DNA of 11,743 nucleotides from Candidatus Thorarchaeota archaeon (GTDB taxonomy: Archaea > Asgardarchaeota > Thorarchaeia > Thorarchaeales > Thorarchaeaceae): assembly GCA_003345595.1 (NCBI GenBank), contig PRDI01000079.1, positions 1-11,743 on the forward strand, given 5' to 3'. Both the position numbers and the translations under genes were made by a program. The first letter of the stretch is position 1, and each line of letters starts with the position of its first letter. The notes under the pieces are model-generated. The model did no database searches, had not been told where the DNA came from, and worked only from the letters and a program-made list of their open reading frames with translations. Below are positions 1 through 7,633 of this stretch, one piece after another.

Positions 1-1224
1 GCCGATAATCGACCAGCCCTTGCCCGGCTTCGATTCCGTTGGAGGCACCACTTCTGCCGAGTTGCAGAGAATAGTGGTCACAATGAGCTTGTCCAATGCT
101 GGGCATTGACCAATGCTTGTGACCCGCCCTTCATGAGAGAACACACCAAAGAGATGGTGGCCAAGACCAGACACATCAAACAGCAGATTCCCTGCATACA
201 TCTTCCGGACAGTCATCTCGCCCTTTGTTATGGTTCCTGTCTTGTCGGTGCAGATGACTGTCACGCTGCCCAATGTCTCTACTGCAGATAACCTCTTGAC
301 AAGTACATTCTGCCGGGCCATCTGCAGAGAACTGATTGCCAGTGCAGAGGACACCGTCAGTTGCAGGCCCTCCGGGACAAGCGAAACTATCACCCCTATC
401 ATGAGGAAGATACCGCTGTAGACGGGGAGATGTAACCATGCCAATGTAATAATCAGAAAGAAAGATCCAAGAATCATGGCGAGGAAAAAGTCCTTTCGAG
501 CAGCTGCGGCGATTTCCTTCTCTAGAGGGCTCGGAGGATCGTGAATCTTTTGGGTCAAGCCTGCAATTTCGCCGAACTTCGTGTTTGCACCTGTGGCATA
601 CACGACTGCCTTTCCGTGTCCGCGCACTATGCTGGTACTCATGAAAGCGAGGTTAGGTGCATCAAGATATGACACACCGAGATTGGCCTTCGGGTCAGCG
701 GTACGGGGCTGCGGCGTGGCCTCTCCTGTGAGTGGGATGTTGTTGACCCAGATGTCGTAGGCCTCCATGAGTCGGGCATCAGCTGGAACACGATCACCTA
801 GGTCCAGCGATATCACATCGCCCGGCACAATATCCTGTACCTTCACTCTCTGGACCCGTCCGTCACGAAACACCTTCGCCGACTCCGGCACCCAGCCTCT
901 CAGAGCATCCATGGTCTTCTCTGCGCGTATCTCCTGCAGAACGCTGGCTGAGGCATTCAGGATTACGATTCCAAGCACTACTAGGCCGACGACTGGCGTC
1001 CCGCTGATGAAAAGCAGAACACTTGCGAAGAGAAGTAGTATACTGAACCCGTCGAGCAAATAGGCAAAGAACCGTGTGAGAGACAGATGAGTTGTTGTCT
1101 GCGGGGTCTCATTTGGACCAAGCTCCGTCAACCGGACAGAAGCCTCAGCTGAAGTGAGGCCTTCTGGTGACGTCCTAACGGATGCTAGGACCTCCTCTAT
1201 GGAGGATTCGACGATATTGCTCAA
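1..1224 (-). CDS. Cation-transporting P-type ATPase, P2 type (Na+/K+-ATPase-like P2C features); N-terminal ~408 aa, runs off the window start
   Basis: Manual translation: MSNIVESSIEEVLASVRTSPEGLTSAEASVRLTELGPNE...IVPGDVISLDLGDRVPADARL...LTGEA (TGEA 718-729)...VPEGL (PEGL 364-375)...LVKRLSAVETLGSVTVICTDKTGT (phosphorylation motif DKTGT 232-246). TTG start at 1224 preceded by SD-like GGAGTGA; alternative GTG start at 1233. Absent from the ORF track because there is no stop codon in the window. Confidence 0.96.
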   Translation of the reverse strand, partial: MSNIVESSIEEVLASVRTSPEGLTSAEASVRLTELGPNETPQTTTHLSLTRFFAYLLDGFSILLLFASVLLFISGTPVVGLVVLGIVILNASASVLQEIRAEKTMDALRGWVPESAKVFRDGRVQRVKVQDIVPGDVISLDLGDRVPADARLMEAYDIWVNNIPLTGEATPQPRTADPKANLGVSYLDAPNLAFMSTSIVRGHGKAVVYATGANTKFGEIAGLTQKIHDPPSPLEKEIAAAARKDFFLAMILGSFFLIITLAWLHLPVYSGIFLMIGVIVSLVPEGLQLTVSSALAISSLQMARQNVLVKRLSAVETLGSVTVICTDKTGTITKGEMTVRKMYAGNLLFDVSGLGHHLFGVFSHEGRVTSIGQCPALDKLIVTTILCNSAEVVPPTESKPGKGWSIIG

Positions 1225-1231
1225 ACCAGTC

Positions 1232-1369
1232 ACTCCCAGTTATCATGGCGTGTTCTGTGATAGGAAGAAACCCGTGAAGCGATTCTTCCTCTGTGACCAG
1301 TGCGAAACATTGCCATGGAAGGAGTCATGAGCTGGCCCTTGATCATCCTGACATCAGCCTGATAGGATG
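1232..1369 (-). promoter_or_regulatory. Structured 5' leader of the ATPase (SD-sequestering long hairpin)
   Basis: Nested complementary segments 1232-1236/1321-1325, 1244-1249/1312-1317, 1251-1254/1306-1309 and 1262-1269/1283-1290; second hairpin 1344-1349/1364-1369. Confidence 0.45.
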
Positions 1370-1392
1370 GAGGCGTGCGAGAGGACCTACTG

Positions 1393-1409
1393 CTTATAAT
1401 CGTTCCCGC
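1393..1409 (-). promoter_or_regulatory. Putative BRE/TATA promoter of the P-type ATPase
   Basis: Minus strand reads GCGGGAACG-ATTATAAG (purine-rich BRE-like segment followed by a TATA-like box), ~170 nt upstream of the start codon. Confidence 0.4.
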
Positions 1410-1778
1410 TTCAGAGCTACTCCGGAAACAGTCTGTCTAGAGGAAGCTGATCCCACTATTGGCTGCCTGCATGAGCGAGAAGCAGTCCATCGAACTCTCC
1501 GGGACGCGGCAAGTGCTGCATTCTCAAGGGCATAAACCGATTTCAATCCGAGCTAATCCTGATAACCATGGGAGGAGCTTTCACGGAACCAGCGATACAT
1601 CCACCGCGAAGCTGAGTGATTCTCTTGGAAACTCGGAGAATCACAGACGGGGCGATACTTGTTAAGTCGAGTGTCGAAGTTGTGACTCTTGAGTCTCTGG
1701 TGGCGGGGCTGATCGTCCCGTGACGAGACCCCTTGCCCGTGTGACGAGGATATGCTCGGACCAGAAACTGAATAGTGC

Positions 1779-2288
1779 TTACGGTGTGCCCGATAGATGC
1801 CCGAGGGCAAGGGACTCGAGGTAGCTATCCATCACAAACATGGTCAGGGTTCGGTCCACAGCAGGCAACTCTCTTAGGAATTCTGTTATGAAGCGGTTCA
1901 TCTCAGCTGTGTCCTTCGTCCGGACCTTGAGGAACACATCGTACTGCCCTCCTAGGACGAACACTTCCTGAACAAAAGGATGCTTTGAGATCTCCTCACA
2001 GAACTGCTTCTGAGACAGGATTTCATCCTTACCGGGCACACGGTACCTTATTGTTACAAAGATGAGAGCCAGAGTTGACCGATCGAGAAGCTCCGGGTTG
2101 AGGATTGCACACCACTTCTTGATGAAGCCCCTATCCTCCAAGGACTTGACCCTCGCATGCACCGTCGAGATTCCCTTACCGATTCGCTCAGCAATTGTCT
2201 GAATGCCCAGTTTGCTGTCCTCCTGCAGCATCTCAAGAATCTTGAGATCGATTTCGTCTGCAGCGACAGGGCGATGCTTCTTGGCCAT
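1779..2288 (-). CDS. Lrp/AsnC family transcriptional regulator
   Basis: N-terminal wHTH (DEIDLKILEMLQEDSK...IAERIGKGISTVHARVKSLEDRGFIK) and C-terminal RAM domain (HPFVQEVFVLGGQYDVFLKVRTKDTAEMNRFI...VDRTLT); 169 aa. Confidence 0.95.
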   Translation of the reverse strand: MAKKHRPVAADEIDLKILEMLQEDSKLGIQTIAERIGKGISTVHARVKSLEDRGFIKKWCAILNPELLDRSTLALIFVTIRYRVPGKDEILSQKQFCEEISKHPFVQEVFVLGGQYDVFLKVRTKDTAEMNRFITEFLRELPAVDRTLTMFVMDSYLESLALGHLSGTP

Positions 2289-2475
2289 CTGAGGATGCTT
2301 CCGATAGTTCTTGTTCTTTCTGCTTTTCTCCGTGCCGCCTCAAAAGACTTTCCAGTTACTTCAGCACGGCTGGAGCTAGTTCTTTCAAAGCACTCGATTG
2401 CCGAAAACAATCTAGCGTGAAACTGGCAATGGTTAATAGCTGGACTCACGAATTTGAGTTTTTCAGGGTAGATCT

Positions 2476-4830
2476 ATGTACGGCCACTTCTCGCAAAACA
2501 ACAGAGAATACGTGATTGAGAAACCTGACACGCCCACGCCATGGATTAACTACCTTAGCAATAGCGAATACTGCGCCATGATTTCAAACACTGCAGGAGG
2601 CTATAGCTTTCACATTGATCCTCGTGACAGGAGGATCACAAGATACAGATACAACGGGTTGCCGGTCGACAGACCAGGGAGGTACATCTACATCAGAGAT
2701 GATGAAACGGGGAGCTACTGGTCACCAACATGGCAGCCAACACTGACTAGATTGGACTCGTACGAATGCAGACATGGCTTAGGATACACCCGAATATCGT
2801 CATCGTACTCCGGAGTCGAGGCAGAAGTGACCTATTTCGTGCCAGTTGATAACAACGTCGAAATATGGATGCTGACTCTGAGGAATAGCTCTGGCAGGAC
2901 ACGGAACCTCAAATTGTTCACCTACTCCGAGTTCTGTCTGTGGCAGGCAGCGAGAGATCAGAATGACCTTCAGTCGGTTCAGTTTGTTGGTATTTCGCGC
3001 AACGAAGACGGGATAGTACTGTACCACCTTCACGATGACAGCACAGGGTATGCATTCTTTGCCACCAGCAAAGACATTGCTGGATATGACTGCGACAGGG
3101 AAACCTTCATCGGCCCATATCGGAGCGAGGCCAATCCCATTGCTGTCGAGATAGGGGCGTGCAAGGGCTCTGTGGCGATTGGAGGCAACCCAATAGCGGC
3201 CACTGCCATTCCGATTAGCCTCAAGCAAGGAGAGTCGGAAACAGTTGTCTACGTCCTTGGCGTAGCGCCCGACAGAGATCAAGCAAGAGAACTCGCCAGG
3301 AAGTTCAAGAGCAGCGCAATAGTGAACGAGGAATTCCTAAGGCTACAGGATCACTGGAGCTCCTACCTAGACAAGCTTGTGTCTGTCACGCCGGACTTGG
3401 AATTCGATGAGGTCGTGAACATATGGAACCAGTACCAATGCAGGACCACATTCAGATGGTCGAGATACGTGTCATTCTATGAAACTGGGATAGGCAGAGG
3501 AATGGGATTCAGGGATTGCAGCCAAGACATTCTAGGAGTGTTGCATGCCCTGCCGACAGACGTTCGCCAGCGCATCGTTGATCTTGCGAGGAACCAGTTC
3601 AAGAGCGGTAGAGTCTATCATATCTACTTCCCGCTCAGTGGCGAGGGCGGATTCCCCGACTATGTCAAGAAAGATATGCAGTTCTTCAGTGATGACCACC
3701 TATGGATCATACTTGCGGTGTCTGAGTACATCAAGGAAACAGGTGACTTCGGCATACTGGACGAGAGAGTGAATTTCGTCGACGGACCGGCGGTCAGCCT
3801 GTACAGACATCTCAAGAAATCAATAGACTTCACATTGAGCAATATGGGTAATCATGGACTCCCGCTTCTCGGAACCGCGGACTGGAACGATCCGATGAGT
3901 CTCCCGGGTCCTAACAATGCAGCAGAGAGTGTATTTACCGCAATGCTGTTTCACAAGGCCCTTCGAGAACTTGCGGGACTTAGCCATGAAACAAGGAAGA
4001 ACACTGATGCTCAATTGTTCACATCACTTGCCGACCAAACCAGAATTCATCTGAATGATGTAGCCTGGGATGGCTCTTGGTATGTCCGTGCCTTCACCGA
4101 CTCTGGAGAGCCCCTTGGAACCAGTACATCCAAGGAAGGGAGGTTGTTCATCAATGCACAGTCGTGGAGCGTCATCAGCGGTGTCGCAAGTAAGAGCAGA
4201 GGAGTAGCCGCGATGGATTCTGTCAACGAACTCTTGGCCACAGAGTATGGCATCATGCTCTTGGGACCTGCTTTTTGGCGCTACCGAAGTGACATCGGCG
4301 CACTGTCAAGCTATGCCCCGGGACTGAAGGAGAACGCCTCGATCTGGAGCCACGCTAACGCTTGGGCAATCATTGCAGAGTCCATGTTGGGCAGAGGGGA
4401 TCAGGCATATGACTATTACAAGAAGCTTGCACCGCCCACCAAGAACAAGATAGCTGAGATACACAGAGCCGAGCCGTATGTCTATGCCCAGACAATCGCA
4501 GGTAGGGACCATCCCATGTTTGGTATGGCAAAACAGTCATGGCTGACAGGAACTGCCGCTTGGATGCTGAAAGCAGCGAGCTCATACATACTTGGAATAC
4601 AGCCTCAATATCACGGTCTGTCCGTCGACCCTTGTATACCGAAAGCATGGGGTCAGTTCAAGGTCAAACGCCAGTTCAGAAATGCCACCTATGACATTGA
4701 AGTCAGGAATCCCGACAGTGTATCAAGTGGAGTGAAGGCTGTGAGCGTAGACGATACACCTTCCGAAACTGGGATTCTGCCCGTATTCGCTGATGGCCAC
4801 ACACATAAGGTGATTGTGACCATGGGCTAG
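2476..4830 (+). CDS. GH94 (GH36-type) glycoside phosphorylase, cellobiose/chitobiose phosphorylase-like
   Basis: YGHF..NREYVI..P.TP.PWINYL N-terminus, RRITRYRYN, YECRHGLGY, GIGRGMGFRD..QD, catalytic ADWND (DWND 3880-3891), PGLKEN...SH, SWLTGTAAW and a C-terminal PCIP..W...V.R.FR beta domain; 784 aa, no signal peptide. Confidence 0.95.
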   Translation: MYGHFSQNNREYVIEKPDTPTPWINYLSNSEYCAMISNTAGGYSFHIDPRDRRITRYRYNGLPVDRPGRYIYIRDDETGSYWSPTWQPTLTRLDSYECRHGLGYTRISSSYSGVEAEVTYFVPVDNNVEIWMLTLRNSSGRTRNLKLFTYSEFCLWQAARDQNDLQSVQFVGISRNEDGIVLYHLHDDSTGYAFFATSKDIAGYDCDRETFIGPYRSEANPIAVEIGACKGSVAIGGNPIAATAIPISLKQGESETVVYVLGVAPDRDQARELARKFKSSAIVNEEFLRLQDHWSSYLDKLVSVTPDLEFDEVVNIWNQYQCRTTFRWSRYVSFYETGIGRGMGFRDCSQDILGVLHALPTDVRQRIVDLARNQFKSGRVYHIYFPLSGEGGFPDYVKKDMQFFSDDHLWIILAVSEYIKETGDFGILDERVNFVDGPAVSLYRHLKKSIDFTLSNMGNHGLPLLGTADWNDPMSLPGPNNAAESVFTAMLFHKALRELAGLSHETRKNTDAQLFTSLADQTRIHLNDVAWDGSWYVRAFTDSGEPLGTSTSKEGRLFINAQSWSVISGVASKSRGVAAMDSVNELLATEYGIMLLGPAFWRYRSDIGALSSYAPGLKENASIWSHANAWAIIAESMLGRGDQAYDYYKKLAPPTKNKIAEIHRAEPYVYAQTIAGRDHPMFGMAKQSWLTGTAAWMLKAASSYILGIQPQYHGLSVDPCIPKAWGQFKVKRQFRNATYDIEVRNPDSVSSGVKAVSVDDTPSETGILPVFADGHTHKVIVTMG

Positions 4831-4925
4831 AAAGTACTGGCATATAGCTGAGCAGCCCAGGTGCCACGCTTGGACTGGCGCCACAATGCTCTCTAAGACA
4901 TGTCGCTGATGGAGATGTGAATCAT

Positions 4926-4967
4926 ATAAAGGAGGAAGAGGGGTAGACGAAGGACGATCTACCCCTC
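4926..4967 (-). terminator. Stem-loop terminator between convergent genes
   Basis: Perfect 10-bp stem GAGGGGTAGA (4938-4947) / TCTACCCCTC (4958-4967), followed on the minus strand by TTCCTCCTTTAT; lies 10 nt after the stop of the 4978-5106 ORF. Confidence 0.6.
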
Positions 4968-4977
4968 GTGTTTCAAG

Positions 4978-5106
4978 CTATGGTTTCTTTCGGAGGTAGA
5001 GAGCAACTGCCACAATTGCGACTATCATGCGTGCACCCATGCCCACGCAGGAAACCACCTTCTTGACCACGAACCTAGTGAAGGGGTGTGAGAGCGGTGA
5101 ACGCAT
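4978..5106 (-). CDS. 42-aa small ORF or 3' gene remnant ending in a membrane anchor plus basic tail
   Basis: MRSPLSHPFTRFVVKKVVSCVGMGARMIVAIVAVALYLRKKP*; hydrophobic run followed by RKK and then directly by a terminator-like hairpin. Confidence 0.35.
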   Translation of the reverse strand: MRSPLSHPFTRFVVKKVVSCVGMGARMIVAIVAVALYLRKKP

Positions 5107-5212
5107 GGACACACATCGACCGGATTTACCGTTAGCTTATGGTAAAGGGAAGGGAGTGCAGTAATGATGAGGATAGCGTCTTTCTGGCCGGATAATTTTC
5201 GGCTCGGTGGAC

Positions 5213-7633
5213 CTATCCATGAAGAGGGTCTTGATTCGCACGCGTCAAGGGGGAATTCGTGGACCTAAGCGCGTATTCTATCGCCCAGATTGCAAGCGCC
5301 CGCATATGCATAGATGCCCTGAAGCTGCCGAGTTCTGTCCATGCCTCCGGTGTTCTGAACCAGTACCCTCGGTCTTTGTATGTTACATCATAGACTCCAA
5401 ACGCAGTTTCGAGACCTTGTTCAACTAGGCCCTCGTGTACCATTAGGGCGGCCAATCCATATGTCGTCCCGGTCCAGACTTCCGCACTCTGGGGACATGT
5501 CTCGTCTGGCGTTCCATCAGGACGCATGCCGTTGACTGCGCCCATCCGTCCGAACTGGAACCGCTGGACATTGAAATCATAGATTGTCTGCAATGCCGAT
5601 CTGGAGTTTTCGCTGGGAACAATCGGTGCAAGACTACACACGTCTGCGTACCACTGTCCGGCCAGCTGATCAGCCATTATGCTATCGTGGTACTTGGAGG
5701 TACTACTGTCGAAGTTGTAGTATCTCCCATTCCAGAGCTTTTCCGAGAAGCTCTTTTTCCCGCGCTCAAGCAGGAGCCTGTATTTCTTCTCAATCTGATG
5801 TTCCCCTCCCTTCTCAGCCATTGCGATCACTGCTTCAACGGCCGAGAGGTATAGACCTCCACAGTAGGCGCTTGGTCCCTGCATACGCCAGTTGTCATAT
5901 GTCTGGTCTGGAAAGCCCTCATTCTCGGGCAGACCATCATTGTCCTTATCGAAGGAGTCCAGATACTGCATTGTGCGCTTCACAGCAGGCCAACAGTGTT
6001 TCAGGAACGCATCATCACGAGTGAAGAGATAGTTGCGGTAGACCTGTAATGCAAACTTGCTGCTGAGGTCTTTCCATTTCGAGGAATCGAGATAGGCATA
6101 GGCATTTGTTGCATACCAAGGGTCCTCCTGGGGCGTGCCCAAATCGTGTGGTACCACTCCCATGGGTTTTCTTGGAAGCGACATTCGACCGAGCAGAATT
6201 GTGCGGAGCCGCTGATCATCTATGGCAACCGCGTCTGCGAAATCGCGCTGTATGCTGTTATCAAGTTCAGGCCAATTCATGAGCATCGCAAACGAAGCGT
6301 AGAACAATACATCGTACGTGTTGATGTAAGGATACTCAAAACACTCTAAGTAACCAAAGTGCCCCAAACCTTGCGGCGGCGTGCTGTCACCAACCTCCGA
6401 GGTCACCCAGCAGGAGCTGCTGTCGACCAGAAAGTACAGCTCGTTGAAGAGACCCGCCTTCAGCCAATCAGGCCGGCTTGACTCCAAGATGGGTCTTTGC
6501 CAATCAGATATCATTCTTTCCCAGTCGCGCCACTTGTCCAGCCCTTCCTTGGCAATCGGCATGGCACTGTTTCCATTGGTACCAAAGAACCGAGTGTAAT
6601 GCTTGTACCATCTTCTGCCGCCGCCGAACTGGACTATCGGGATGTCCCAGCTGATTGCGAAAGCTGATTCTGCAGTCTCCTCGGGCCCCAAGCTCACCTT
6701 CATGCATAGGGCAGCTCCCTCTCGATGAGCAACTCTCGTCGGCTTCGGTTCAGACTCAGTCACTGTGCCCGTTCTCTTGAAGGTCCTCCAAATCTCATTT
6801 CCACGGGTTTCCGTGTCGAAACGTGTCACAGAGGAGAGATCTGCTCCTTCAGGAGCCTCCATACCGAGACCAAACGAAACCGGGATGGCATCATTACTCC
6901 GTTCCTGATGCATTACCAAGAGGAGCCTGTTGTGACTAGGATCTTCCGTGCATTCATGATGACCGGAAAGAGGTGGTTGTGAAGGTGTAACGGAGTTTTC
7001 CCATGTGAGCATCAGTGATGCGTCCACCTGCTCAGCCTTGAGATTCCGTATCCTCCACGCGAAAACACCAACAGGATAAGAACTCTCTTTGTAGTTGTGG
7101 GCAATCACAGGGGAGATTTGTTGGCACACGACCTCAATGCCTAGGTCCGAGAAATCATAAGTCGTCCAAGCCCGGGGAAACAAAGCGTGATACTCCGCTC
7201 GATTGGGCTTCAGTCCCCATGCCCAGCTCTTCAGTCTATTACCTTCAGGAACTGTTGGGTTCAGAGTATGAACTGACGCCTGCTTATTTCTCTCAATGCG
7301 CAGGTGGAACTGGTTGGGAAGGGATGGTTCATACTCGTGGGTGCCCGCTCTGAGATGCCACCTCGCGAAGTCACCCTTGTAACCCCGGCCGATGCTTCCG
7401 GCGCCGAGTCCGCCAATTGGCACACCCTGATTATAACCATCATCGATAGGCTGAGTGGGAGGACACGGAAGCATTCCGTGAAACTGCTCGTCAACGCCCA
7501 CAGGGACCTCGAAAAGATTCGGCCAGACCATGCTGGGCTCTAGGCTCATGGGATAGCTCCTAGGTTTGCCCGGTCTTGTAGGGGCATCGCTAAGAGAGAT
7601 CCTCCAAGCACAGCTCGGAATGTGAAAGCTCAT
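5213..7633 (-). CDS. GH116 beta-glucosidase / non-lysosomal glucosylceramidase (GBA2-like)
   Basis: IP..AW N-terminus, GVPIGGLGAGSIGRGYKGDFARWHL, SPVIAHNYKESSYPV, LFNELYF, nucleophile motif GYLECFEY..NTYDV.FYAS, VPHDLG, WKDL, acid/base PDQTYD.W, IMADQLAGQWY, EVWTGTTY, FRTPEAW...RAS; 806 aa. Confidence 0.96.
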   Translation of the reverse strand: MSFHIPSCAWRISLSDAPTRPGKPRSYPMSLEPSMVWPNLFEVPVGVDEQFHGMLPCPPTQPIDDGYNQGVPIGGLGAGSIGRGYKGDFARWHLRAGTHEYEPSLPNQFHLRIERNKQASVHTLNPTVPEGNRLKSWAWGLKPNRAEYHALFPRAWTTYDFSDLGIEVVCQQISPVIAHNYKESSYPVGVFAWRIRNLKAEQVDASLMLTWENSVTPSQPPLSGHHECTEDPSHNRLLLVMHQERSNDAIPVSFGLGMEAPEGADLSSVTRFDTETRGNEIWRTFKRTGTVTESEPKPTRVAHREGAALCMKVSLGPEETAESAFAISWDIPIVQFGGGRRWYKHYTRFFGTNGNSAMPIAKEGLDKWRDWERMISDWQRPILESSRPDWLKAGLFNELYFLVDSSSCWVTSEVGDSTPPQGLGHFGYLECFEYPYINTYDVLFYASFAMLMNWPELDNSIQRDFADAVAIDDQRLRTILLGRMSLPRKPMGVVPHDLGTPQEDPWYATNAYAYLDSSKWKDLSSKFALQVYRNYLFTRDDAFLKHCWPAVKRTMQYLDSFDKDNDGLPENEGFPDQTYDNWRMQGPSAYCGGLYLSAVEAVIAMAEKGGEHQIEKKYRLLLERGKKSFSEKLWNGRYYNFDSSTSKYHDSIMADQLAGQWYADVCSLAPIVPSENSRSALQTIYDFNVQRFQFGRMGAVNGMRPDGTPDETCPQSAEVWTGTTYGLAALMVHEGLVEQGLETAFGVYDVTYKDRGYWFRTPEAWTELGSFRASMHMRALAIWAIEYALRSTNSPLTRANQDPLHG

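Noticed and set aside
106-1063. Short ORFs 106-291, 176-439, 230-421 and 767-1063
   Set aside because: Antisense or off-frame shadows of the P-type ATPase
1316-1333. Minus-strand AGCTCATGACTCCTTCC resembles the 3' end of the fluoride riboswitch (GCTRATGACTCCTAC)
   Set aside because: The required 5' GGNGATGGAGT..CC segment is absent upstream
1293-1810. ORFs 1293-1535, 1459-1665 and 1553-1810
   Set aside because: No SD, no recognisable domain, atypical composition, mutually overlapping
5164-5212. ATGATGA C-box suggesting a C/D sRNA
   Set aside because: No CTGA D or D' box at a suitable distance
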